From a virus: DNA of 64,000 nucleotides. The notes beneath the pieces were generated by a model that had not been told where the DNA came from, did no database searches, and saw only the letters and a list, made by a program, of their open reading frames with translations. The position numbers and the translations under genes are program-made. Below, in pieces: positions 20,901 through 29,483 of the stretch (position 1 is the stretch's first letter; the number at the start of each line of letters is the position of its first letter). The stretch is from IMG/VR virus record IMGVR_UViG_3300044732_001099, positions 1 through 64,000 of that record; one strand, written 5' to 3'.

Positions 20901-22887
20901 TAATATGTCTTTAGCTGGAGATAAAATGGAAGGTTATCAAATCAAACAATTTGAAGACATCCTAAAAGCAAAAGAAAGAGATATAAGACTTAATAAAGGA
21001 ACTATGGCCAATCAAGAACAAAAAGAGTTTCTTGGAAAAGCACATCAAGAAAGATTATTGCAAGAAAATGTACAGTATGCTGCAGAACAAGGTAAACAAA
21101 AGGCAAGATATCCAACAAGAGAAACGGCCGCAAAAATACAAGGTTATAGTCCTGTAAAAAAAGCATTATCTTCTGAAGAAATAGAAAAACTTAATGGTAG
21201 AAAAAGAGGATTAGAATTTGCAATATCAGAACATTACGCAACATATGGCGATGATCCAAGATTTAATAGTATTATTAAACCATTTGAAGAAGAGTTAGCT
21301 GAAATAAACAAGTATAAATATAAACCAGGAAAAGATGTTTATGCAGATCAACATGAAACAATATTAAGAAAATATGATGATACACCTAAGATGATACAAA
21401 AAACACTAGGTGTTAAAATTAATACTGTTACCGATGCAAAAGGAAATACTTGGTATGAGTTTGATATACCAGATGCATATAAACAAGGCAAAGCAGAAAT
21501 AAAAGCATTTAGTATTGGTGGTGGAGCTGCCACTGCTGCCGGCGCAAGTCAGTTAAACAAAGAAACTCCACAAAAAAGATTTGGTGGCGATACTAACCCA
21601 TACTTAAAAGCACGTTCTGGTATCTACGTTAAATCATCAAATGAAAAAGTAAACTGTGATTGCGGATGGTCATGGGATATTTCCGATGGAGGTAGTGAAC
21701 CTTACAAATGTCACAAATGCGGTAACGATAATAGTTACGCTAAAGGACAATACGGATTAGAATCAAACTTACCTGAAGCTCCTAAAAATATGTTTTCTGA
21801 TTATAATCCAGTATCTAGTGATTATACAGCTGCTATGAATGGAATGATGAAAGCAAGAATGGCAACTGATGCAGAGTTTGGAAATCTTGCTGCAAAACGT
21901 ATGACATCATTATATCCAAAAGAATATACATTTACTGGCGATGAAATGTTTTATGATGAAAAAGTAGATGTTCCGGCCGGTGCTACTGGAACTCATTACA
22001 CAACTGGTGATGGTAATGTAATGTTTCCAATAATACAAGAAGGACAAGATGGCAATCTATTTTTTAATAGATATGCTAATCCATATAACAAAGAAGCCAT
22101 GAGATTTGAATCTCCGCAAGATGCAAGTTACTTTGGTGAAAACTATAAAAACATTGCTCCTATGATGTATGATAAAGGACAAGAAGGGCTTAAAGCAAAA
22201 ACTAAAAATGAATATCAATATCAATGGAGTAATCCAACACCAGGAAAACCAGGAGGTGCAAGTTCACCCAATCTTGTAATTTCGTCTCAATTTAATAAAT
22301 CATTACCGTACAATATTTTAGAAACTATAGATCCAAGTGGTATAACATCTTATCCTGATGTATATGACGCTTGGACTGATGGAAAGTTTACATATAGTGA
22401 TATTACAGAACCTATTTCAGCTTTGCCATTAGTTGGTAAAATGTTTAAAGCAGGTAGTAATGCTTATAATATTGCAAAAGGTGTAGATATATTTGATACT
22501 GTAGATGATATTTATAATGATAATGTTAAACCTAATTTATCTTCTGCAAAAGGAGTAAAAAAATCAGAATTTAAATATAATCCTAAAATGGAAAAAGGAG
22601 GTGAATCTGATTTGGTTCCAGTAGAAGTAGAACGTAGCGAGCGCATTTACGACCCAAAAGGTAACTTACTTAAAGAGATTCCTGCAGATGCTCCTACGCA
22701 CGAAGAAGGCGGTGTAAAGCTACATCTTAGAGCAGGCACACTAGTATTTCCAAAGAAATATTACAAGGCCTTAGACATGGCAAGCACGCTTCCAGAGTTT
22801 AATAAAATCAAAGAGAAGATGTTAGATAACGCGGAAAAAGCTTATCTTCGTGGTGAGCCTTATTCATCAGGCGGTAAAAGAAGTTAA
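17953..22887 (+). CDS. Multi-module virion cargo protein (zincin HEIEH, HTR/EQQSD domain, Zn ribbon, THEEGG domain)
   Basis: 1644 aa starting MNPYL, with HEIEH at 18607-18621, EQQSDYW at 20761-20781, CDC..CHKC at 21655-21720 and VEVER...THEEGGV near the C-terminus. Confidence 0.65.
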   Translation: MNPYLNKKAIVSKRGQWDYPRQDTIVPTPDGSITMQGVNYPVYGQDETGYGQMMYPNQEYKFPGKMVYETPMADGDNTEVFNKSVSGATDWFASLLDNPEYYKRLKNEVKQSNALNNNVKYDSKTGAEKILDQRKTGFSSVKFIEPNSNLRDEVAIVNDLDKDAYGAHVLRGIKYYEPQYNSNGYLTKDIASIGPNKIGINPVMYNPENKDNLKNLLVHEIEHATQIAQPGYANPYRFSNYVEVDNGTLPLYKQDNNITPYAEQVIKENILSDDPYYSDIQEVMSGKRQIENMLENVPENTFTKPWKYGDEIDDEHFNYIFSDDENISFKNDNIRNALLGDKKYSDLLDVEKVDLKKRLSNIMMKIAMENSKNPYTDYARNGTMIKRADGSYSERGLWDNIRANKGSGKKPTEQMLEQEKKIKKQEMQSGGKTNPYLQAQAGTQASTYTWATGSNAPQTTQPVNTLGSGHSQTLPSTYKPVGDLTKVTKEKPKGSGGSGDNLFMQGVGAVDKAIGQGASYLLGAAGEAFTAPASALIEGFHYLSGKPYNFGNAMPNPGRISAYASGDSDLYKDNRQKTLTELAGVNRDDNPVGAMILDVFTPTLPIASMGKAANASNAIKYAPKANALTNLVTDPYSFIKTMKTPTINPNVGLKFVDETIDSQKALQRVNQNVINPAMQPQLAVNATQAVAKEYTPWTMQEMPGLHIKSTMSGSPFEKQLSKTGELNVSNIQAHINKSDVSAADKFTLQKVLDEKFAGKQKIDYNEFRKAVQEEAVTLERNIIEDDNWANYGVGRLDYPGLKPESYKSSIQNIIDESQYYSTIKNIKKEDLRKIIDNGEEKYLITDRFGRGQYIPADKIDNHLNYEKNIADDFFKNTYPKKAEYEKLLTEIPETKTFTYQNIDKFGKGDARHYNDAALAHTRTMISKEEPDIVHFIEQQSDYWQSGAGKNPVKIDYEKWNPRIEKMEKDLADGYADLEYMKKNNMSLAGDKMEGYQIKQFEDILKAKERDIRLNKGTMANQEQKEFLGKAHQERLLQENVQYAAEQGKQKARYPTRETAAKIQGYSPVKKALSSEEIEKLNGRKRGLEFAISEHYATYGDDPRFNSIIKPFEEELAEINKYKYKPGKDVYADQHETILRKYDDTPKMIQKTLGVKINTVTDAKGNTWYEFDIPDAYKQGKAEIKAFSIGGGAATAAGASQLNKETPQKRFGGDTNPYLKARSGIYVKSSNEKVNCDCGWSWDISDGGSEPYKCHKCGNDNSYAKGQYGLESNLPEAPKNMFSDYNPVSSDYTAAMNGMMKARMATDAEFGNLAAKRMTSLYPKEYTFTGDEMFYDEKVDVPAGATGTHYTTGDGNVMFPIIQEGQDGNLFFNRYANPYNKEAMRFESPQDASYFGENYKNIAPMMYDKGQEGLKAKTKNEYQYQWSNPTPGKPGGASSPNLVISSQFNKSLPYNILETIDPSGITSYPDVYDAWTDGKFTYSDITEPISALPLVGKMFKAGSNAYNIAKGVDIFDTVDDIYNDNVKPNLSSAKGVKKSEFKYNPKMEKGGESDLVPVEVERSERIYDPKGNLLKEIPADAPTHEEGGVKLHLRAGTLVFPKKYYKALDMASTLPEFNKIKEKMLDNAEKAYLRGEPYSSGGKRS

Positions 22888-22920
22888 CAATAAAATCTAT
22901 AACATTAAAAATATAAAGTC

Positions 22921-24330
22921 ATGACAAAATGTAAAGGCGGTTGCCAAATGAAATCTGGTGGTAAAACCTGTGCAAAATGTGGATGTGATATGGATTCTAA
23001 AAAAGAAAAGTATGAGGAAGATGATGATATGAAATCTGGTGGTCGCGCTTGTATGAAATGTGGTGGTAAGATGCATAAGTCTGGTGGCACTATAAGCTCC
23101 TGCATGAAGTGCGGTGGTGGGAAATACACGTTTGGCGGTAAAACCGGATGGATGTCAAAAAAAAAAAATGATGTAAGAAAATATCAAGCTGGAGGTCTGG
23201 CATCTACATCTGCTGATAAAGAAATAGCATTAAGTAGTGGTGCGTTTAATGTAGCAGAACCTACTTATGACGCAAGCGTTATTTCCAATGAAAAACCTAT
23301 GCAGATTACTGACAATGCAATGCAAGGAACAAATCAGTTAAATTACAAAGAAGCCGTACAATCCTTTAGAAAAAAAGAAGTTGATAAAACATTGCCAAAT
23401 TTTGGATATGCAAAACAAGAACAAATAAAGTTAAATGAGTTGATAAGAAAAGACATATCTACTGGTAATGCAAAAATGGATTTGCTTAGTGAAGATGATA
23501 TTATTGGAGAAAAAACTCTTGGTGCTATGCGTGCATACGAAGCAAGTGGTCAATACACAAGACCAGAGGGTTTTAAAGATAAATGGCTAGCCGAGTACAA
23601 AAAGCAATGGGATGAAATGCAGGCAACAGGCAAGTCTCCAAAAGGACCTGCCCCAAAAGCTACTGTAGAGCAACCAAAAAAAGAAGAAAAGAGGGAAAAA
23701 ACTCTTGTTGATAGCATTTATGATTATTTTAAACCACCTAAAAAACAACAAGCAGTTAAAGAAACTCCTAAAAAATCTCCAAGACTTGTAAATGAACTAG
23801 GGTATGAATACTACATTGATAAAAAGACAGGGTTTACAGTTGTAACTATTCCTGATGAAGATATACAACCAGATGAAAGCGAAAAATACACAGATGACTT
23901 TGTTAAAAAAGAAAAGAAATCTAAAAAAGGCTCTTTCTTTCCATCGGCATCTGATATGATGGGTGGACTTCAAAGTTCTGTTGATTATGCTGGAAATGCA
24001 TTAAGTAGTTTTATTGGTAATACTGCTGATTTTATAAAAAATAATCAAAACAAAACTACTGATAATAAAAAATATTCAGTAAAATCTAGAGCTGCATCTG
24101 TGTCTGCTGAGAAAATATCTCAAAAAAAATCTGGAGTAACGGTATTGAGAAAATATGATTCATCTGGACCGTCTTATACAAAAAGTAAAATTGTTGTAAA
24201 AGACAATATTACAAACAAAACACACACTGTAACTATACCACAAATGTTTGATAAAGCTAAAGGAAAATACCATACAATAGAAATAGCTGGCAAAAAACAT
24301 AAAATATTTCTTGATCCAAATCTAAAATAA
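22921..24330 (+). CDS. Cargo-region protein with Cys/Gly/Lys-rich MKxGG repeats
   Basis: 469 aa; the N-terminal ~90 aa contain MKSGG x2, MKCGG x2, HKSGG, YTFGG and YQAGG. Confidence 0.6.
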   Translation: MTKCKGGCQMKSGGKTCAKCGCDMDSKKEKYEEDDDMKSGGRACMKCGGKMHKSGGTISSCMKCGGGKYTFGGKTGWMSKKKNDVRKYQAGGLASTSADKEIALSSGAFNVAEPTYDASVISNEKPMQITDNAMQGTNQLNYKEAVQSFRKKEVDKTLPNFGYAKQEQIKLNELIRKDISTGNAKMDLLSEDDIIGEKTLGAMRAYEASGQYTRPEGFKDKWLAEYKKQWDEMQATGKSPKGPAPKATVEQPKKEEKREKTLVDSIYDYFKPPKKQQAVKETPKKSPRLVNELGYEYYIDKKTGFTVVTIPDEDIQPDESEKYTDDFVKKEKKSKKGSFFPSASDMMGGLQSSVDYAGNALSSFIGNTADFIKNNQNKTTDNKKYSVKSRAASVSAEKISQKKSGVTVLRKYDSSGPSYTKSKIVVKDNITNKTHTVTIPQMFDKAKGKYHTIEIAGKKHKIFLDPNLK

Positions 24331-24334
24331 AACC

Positions 24335-26395
24335 ATGAAATACAATCCATATTTACAGGCACAGTCAGGTATTGAAGCTAAAGATGAAGGAACATTTCCA
24401 CAATATCAATATTATCCATATCTATACGACAGTACATCAGTTGGATCATTTCCCAGAGCAGTACCATGGAGTAATCCTATTGATAATAGAATGAATATGA
24501 CTGATGAAAACTACATTCAAATGTTTGATGAAGGAAGTAAAAAAATAGTCCTAAACAGAGGAAAAAGTGAAATAGGAATAAATAACTACGATAGAATGTT
24601 TCCTGATAAATCATTTTACACAGATCCTACTTCTAGTCCACAAATACAACCAAGAGAATCAAATCAACCTGTATTATTGCGCGATAGAATACAACCTATT
24701 GATTATTCTAAATTAGATGAAGAATATGACAATGCAGGAGCTCCAGTATCTTCAAGTACAACGCCAAATATACAACCATTACAAAACTTTAAAATAGAGG
24801 ATGTAAGAAATCCTATACCAAACATACAGCCTCTACAAAACTTCAAAATAGAAGATGTAATGGGGACAACTGTTCCTATACCAAATCCAGATTTAGTAAA
24901 CCCTGAAACACTAGAGTACGATCCTTTTACAGGATTGCCAGTTAAAAAACAATTTGATCAAAATATTTTACCTGATTTAGGTTTTGCAACAGATGAGCCA
25001 CAAGTAAGTTTAGACATTTCACCATATAAAGACGATGTAGAATACATTAGAGCTCAAAGACAACAAGAACCTGAAATAAAAGATGATCCTGAATTTAGAA
25101 AAAAGTACAATGATGCTTTAAACTTTTTAGCTCCATCTATAAAACTAATGACCGGTATTAACCCAAATAATAACAAAATTCGGTCAACAGGTTATAAGGT
25201 GCCAGTTCCAAAACCAGAAACAACTACAACAACTACAACAGAAACACAAGAGAAAAAAAACAAGTTTGGCGTACCAGAAGCATACTATCTAGGTAAGTCT
25301 ATGCTTGACGCTACTGCACTTATTAGAAATATGGTGCAGCCACAGCCACCATCTTTGCAGATGAAAATACCTCATTATGAAAGACAAAGATTAGACCCTA
25401 CACCATACGATGCTATGCGTTCTCAGATGCGCGATCAAGGCACACAGGCATATAGATTACAAAGAGAAAACATATCGCAGGCAAGCGACCTTATGAAAGG
25501 TCTTTCTGCAGTAACATCAGGCACTCAACAAGGTCTTATGAATGTAGGTATGCAACAAGCTGGCGCCGAGCAGCAGATACAAGGTATCAATCAGCAGATA
25601 TCTATGCAGGAGCAGCAGCAACAAACACAAATGCTAAACCAAGAGGCTGCTACTAACTACCAGATTCAACAACAAGCTCAACAATACAAAGACCAAATGG
25701 TATCTGCTCAGTTGCAAAGACTTGGTGATACTGCCGGTGCATACGCAAAATATGTAAACATGAAAGATATTGCTAGCAAACAAGATACTGTAAATAAAGC
25801 TGCTATTCAATCTAATCTTGATATTCAAAATGCAATGCTTCAATATCAGATGCATAAAGATGCAATGGATTCAGATGAATATAAATCTGCATGGGCCCAA
25901 CACTGGACTAAAACACTAGATCAAATGTCTACAGATAAAATTAAAAATGAAAAATTTGGAGCACTAAAAGAATACTATGGTGAAATGTCGCCAAGGTATA
26001 GTGACTATCAAAGAATAGCAATGGACCCTACATTTACTAAATCCTACTATCAAAATAAAAATAATTATGAAAACTTTCAAAGATTATATCCTGGCGGCGT
26101 AGCACCTGATAAAACAAAATATGCTAATGATGATGATTACAATAAAGCAGTTGCAGAGTACCAAAAAGCAGAAGCAAGCAGCAAGGCATTTACTGAAGAT
26201 AAATCATACAAACAGTTCGAAGAGATGCAACAATTTTGGACTGAAATAGGAAATGAACGTAACGAATCTGGTGAACGAAAAAAGTTTGCAGACCAGTACA
26301 TGCAGCAAAGGGGTTATTACACTACAGAACAACTATTAGAAACGGTGAAAGAGGCATTAGACCGAAGTAAGCAGTCTTTAGAATTTGGCGGATAG
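24335..26395 (+). CDS. Virion cargo protein, Gln-rich coiled-coil C-terminal half
   Basis: 686 aa starting MKYNPYLQAQSG, with an internal 14-aa tandem repeat and a Q-rich helical region. Confidence 0.6.
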   Translation: MKYNPYLQAQSGIEAKDEGTFPQYQYYPYLYDSTSVGSFPRAVPWSNPIDNRMNMTDENYIQMFDEGSKKIVLNRGKSEIGINNYDRMFPDKSFYTDPTSSPQIQPRESNQPVLLRDRIQPIDYSKLDEEYDNAGAPVSSSTTPNIQPLQNFKIEDVRNPIPNIQPLQNFKIEDVMGTTVPIPNPDLVNPETLEYDPFTGLPVKKQFDQNILPDLGFATDEPQVSLDISPYKDDVEYIRAQRQQEPEIKDDPEFRKKYNDALNFLAPSIKLMTGINPNNNKIRSTGYKVPVPKPETTTTTTTETQEKKNKFGVPEAYYLGKSMLDATALIRNMVQPQPPSLQMKIPHYERQRLDPTPYDAMRSQMRDQGTQAYRLQRENISQASDLMKGLSAVTSGTQQGLMNVGMQQAGAEQQIQGINQQISMQEQQQQTQMLNQEAATNYQIQQQAQQYKDQMVSAQLQRLGDTAGAYAKYVNMKDIASKQDTVNKAAIQSNLDIQNAMLQYQMHKDAMDSDEYKSAWAQHWTKTLDQMSTDKIKNEKFGALKEYYGEMSPRYSDYQRIAMDPTFTKSYYQNKNNYENFQRLYPGGVAPDKTKYANDDDYNKAVAEYQKAEASSKAFTEDKSYKQFEEMQQFWTEIGNERNESGERKKFADQYMQQRGYYTTEQLLETVKEALDRSKQSLEFGG
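24764..24860 (+). repeat. Intragenic tandem repeat, 2 x PNIQPLQNFKIEDV (54-nt period)
   Basis: Copies start at 24764 and 24818; identical peptide with six synonymous codon differences. Confidence 0.9.
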
Positions 26396-26434
26396 AAATA
26401 TTCAAAAATATTTTTTTATTAACAATGGCTTGTT

Positions 26435-26442
26435 TATCTTTG
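26435..26442 (+). promoter_or_regulatory. Candidate Bacteroidota -7 promoter element (TATCTTTG)
   Basis: Exact TAnnTTTG match in the AT-rich gap 26396-26469, upstream of the two genes ending with the RNAP. Confidence 0.35.
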
Positions 26443-26469
26443 AATGATCAAGCCTTTATATTTATAACT

Positions 26470-29400
26470 ATGACATTTCCATCTTTTGTAACAACAGGCG
26501 GCACAGTCGACATTCCAACAGTACCTTTAGAAAGAAAGGCGCTTGATTTAACTCCTCTTATACAGCAGTTAATGATGAATAAAAAAGCATCATCAACCGG
26601 AACAACTGCTAAAGGAGATGAAAAAGATCCTGACATTAAAGGAACAACTGGACAAACAGAACAATGGTATGATAACTATACAAAAAATCAACAAGAAATA
26701 AAAAATCTTGTAAATTGGTTTGGCACTGACGTTGTTACTTCACAGCCTGAATACCGTAGATTGATTAATGAACAAAATGAAATTACTAATCCAGCTGTTA
26801 AGCAAAGGCTTGAAAATAATAAACAAAGACTTGATGCATATGATGCACTTGTAAAAGAAAAAGGAGCATCTGGCATGATAAATATGGATGCACTTTCTAG
26901 ATACGGCATAGGTATGGCTCATTCTGATTGGTCATATTTTATGCAACGTGGACAAACACCTGAAGGTTTAAAAGTAACTAGGCCTGGTGAGTTTGCTTGG
27001 ATGGAAGATTTTTCATTTACTTCAGATATAGCAACATTTGACGATGCCTTAAAAGCATTAAATGAAAGATATGCTGGATTAGGAACAAGTGAGTTTTCAA
27101 CTGGTGGTGGTTCTGATCAAATATATCAAGATTTAAAAGATGATTGGACTTTTTTAGTATCTGAACATAATAATTCAGTAACTACTAAAAAAAGTAATAA
27201 TAATATTTATGGAGAAAATCCTAGACAAATAGGACAATTAGAAGCAGTAAAACAACAAGCTTTGCAAAGTGCTTTTAGTGGTAGTTTTGGAAAAGGTATG
27301 GAAGGTGATGATATGGCAAATGGTTTAGCTGGTAAGTTTTTATCATTAACAGCAGAAACTGTTCCTGCAAGTAAAGTTGGTCTTCCCGGAAATAAAAGTG
27401 TAAAAGCAATATTTCAATCAAAAGCTTATAATGATGTATTTACAGATGGTCAACCAAATCAAGGTGATTATTTAGATGCAAAAGGTAACGTAAAAGAAGC
27501 AGAATACAAAAAAGCTGTAGAAGACTGGAATACAAAAAATCAAGAAGCTGGCAAAAATTACTACAAAACACATGATGGATATTATTTTAAAGCAGGAACA
27601 AAAGATGAAAATGGAAATGACATTGGTGGTACATTAGACCAAGATGCTTTACTAGGAGATTATCAAAGATTTATATATGATATAGTAGATGCTGAAACTA
27701 ATAAAAGATTAACTACTGTTGATAGTTTTAAATCCGATCAAACTAAAACTATTACAGCTACTGAAACTTGGCAACAAATGGCTAATGATGCAAAAGCCGC
27801 AGAAGCAGCAGTGCTAGCAGCAAACCAAGAAGATTTCTCTGTGGCAGTAGCTAATAATATTGGTATAGAAGAAGATCAATTTAAAAAACTTTTAGGTGGC
27901 GACTTAGGAGATTATAGTATTGTTAGTGAACTTGCTGATTTTTTTACAGGAAAACAATCATGGAGCGAGTTAGTATCAGATTATAAAAATGAATCTACTC
28001 GATACACATCAGATGATGATTTAAATGAAATGACATATTCAAGCGTTTCACCGTTTATATTAAATAAAGATGAAAATGGCAAAACTACATATTTACCAAA
28101 TCCTGACTTTAGTGGTGATAAAATAAATATATATAAAGCTGCAATGAAAAAACATGCAATAGAAGAACAAAACATGTCTGAAGATGAAGCTGAAGCATAT
28201 GCAGAAGAAAAAACAAAAAAAGCAAAAAACGCACATAAAACATTAAATGATAATTATTTAACGTATGGCATACAAGGTATGACATCTTTTGATGGAACAA
28301 AAGCAACAGTTGTATATCAAGATGAAGATTTATTAAAATTAATCAATGCTTCATGGTTTGATGACATTGGAGGAAATAAAATAGGCAAAACAGCAAGTCA
28401 ACTATTTAATAATCAACTTGCACAAGTAGGAACTACTGTAGTTAATGGAGGACAGTTATTTGGCGGTGTATTTAGATTTGAAAGTATAGATGAAGAACAT
28501 TCATTTGTAAATCTTGGCATAGCGTCTAATGCAGGAGCTAAAGCGAAGTATAAAATGACAATAAATGGTAAAGAATATAAACAAGGTGCATTTATTCCTT
28601 TATCAGTAGTAGATCAAATGAATGCAGAACAATTAAAAGACTTTAATAGTAAAGTTGATTATGGTACAAATGGATATTGGAATATTCAAAATGGTATGGC
28701 TACAACTAATGGAAATCCTGATAAAACTAAAAGAGTTGCAGGAATGGGTAAAAATTCTGAAAAAGTATTATTTGAATTAAATTCTACAGGTGGCGCAAAT
28801 GCAATAGCTGAAAGTGGTACTTCTATTACATCCAATGTAAATCTTATAGGAAAAAAAGCAGATATAATTGCTTACTGGACTACTAATGGAACTACTCTTA
28901 CAAGACAAATGCCAGCATACGCACAAGATGATACAAAAAAAGTGTTTTGGGATGAAGCTGAAAAACTTGATAGAAAATATGCAATATATGGAGATGATAG
29001 ACCAAATGCTCCAAAAGAAAAAATAGAACTTGCAAGAAAAAATGTAAATGAATTAGCAAAAGCGGCCAAAATACAAATAGGTTCAAATGCCTATAAAGAA
29101 TTAGAAAAAACTTTGTATACAACAGATTATATTGAAAGAAAAAATATAATAGCAAAATCATTAGCAATAAGAAATAATGTTCAAGGTACTGCAAACTGGG
29201 ACAAATCTCCAAAACTTGTAAATGAAACAATAGTTGGGATAGATGGTAAAGTAAAAGACTGGGCAAAGTCTCAACTATATTTACAAGAAGAAAAAAATAG
29301 TAAAGGAGAGGAATTATATAGAGTTACTACTGCAGTAGAAGTACAAGCACAAATGGCAGCTGCTAATGCAGAAAAAACAAAACAAAAGATTATTACACAT

Positions 29401-29481
29401 CATAATAATCGTTTTAAATCAGCGTCACCACCAGATAAGTATTCAACAAATAAAGCAAAAGCTAATCCAAAAACTGAATAA
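26470..29481 (+). CDS. Large virion cargo protein preceding the RNA polymerase
   Basis: Long open frame. ATG 26470 (MTFPSFVTTGG) is preferred over 26425 because the upstream 45 nt look like a promoter/leader. Confidence 0.6.
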   Translation: MTFPSFVTTGGTVDIPTVPLERKALDLTPLIQQLMMNKKASSTGTTAKGDEKDPDIKGTTGQTEQWYDNYTKNQQEIKNLVNWFGTDVVTSQPEYRRLINEQNEITNPAVKQRLENNKQRLDAYDALVKEKGASGMINMDALSRYGIGMAHSDWSYFMQRGQTPEGLKVTRPGEFAWMEDFSFTSDIATFDDALKALNERYAGLGTSEFSTGGGSDQIYQDLKDDWTFLVSEHNNSVTTKKSNNNIYGENPRQIGQLEAVKQQALQSAFSGSFGKGMEGDDMANGLAGKFLSLTAETVPASKVGLPGNKSVKAIFQSKAYNDVFTDGQPNQGDYLDAKGNVKEAEYKKAVEDWNTKNQEAGKNYYKTHDGYYFKAGTKDENGNDIGGTLDQDALLGDYQRFIYDIVDAETNKRLTTVDSFKSDQTKTITATETWQQMANDAKAAEAAVLAANQEDFSVAVANNIGIEEDQFKKLLGGDLGDYSIVSELADFFTGKQSWSELVSDYKNESTRYTSDDDLNEMTYSSVSPFILNKDENGKTTYLPNPDFSGDKINIYKAAMKKHAIEEQNMSEDEAEAYAEEKTKKAKNAHKTLNDNYLTYGIQGMTSFDGTKATVVYQDEDLLKLINASWFDDIGGNKIGKTASQLFNNQLAQVGTTVVNGGQLFGGVFRFESIDEEHSFVNLGIASNAGAKAKYKMTINGKEYKQGAFIPLSVVDQMNAEQLKDFNSKVDYGTNGYWNIQNGMATTNGNPDKTKRVAGMGKNSEKVLFELNSTGGANAIAESGTSITSNVNLIGKKADIIAYWTTNGTTLTRQMPAYAQDDTKKVFWDEAEKLDRKYAIYGDDRPNAPKEKIELARKNVNELAKAAKIQIGSNAYKELEKTLYTTDYIERKNIIAKSLAIRNNVQGTANWDKSPKLVNETIVGIDGKVKDWAKSQLYLQEEKNSKGEELYRVTTAVEVQAQMAAANAEKTKQKIITHHNNRFKSASPPDKYSTNKAKANPKTE

Positions 29482-29483
29482 AT

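Larger units (their letters stand above)
15164..24370 (+). repeat. Dispersed coding repeat NPYL(K/Q)A, DNA AAYCCRTAY(T/C)T...
   Basis: Copies begin at 15164, 16292, 17930, 17956, 19252, 21595 and 24344, with a variant NPYT at 19069. Confidence 0.85.

Noticed and set aside
15164-24370. NPYL repeats as a CRISPR array or DGR template/variable repeats
   Set aside because: The copies are in-frame coding, irregularly spaced up to kilobases apart and vary mainly at synonymous sites. There is no cas or reverse transcriptase gene and no adenine-specific mismatch pattern.
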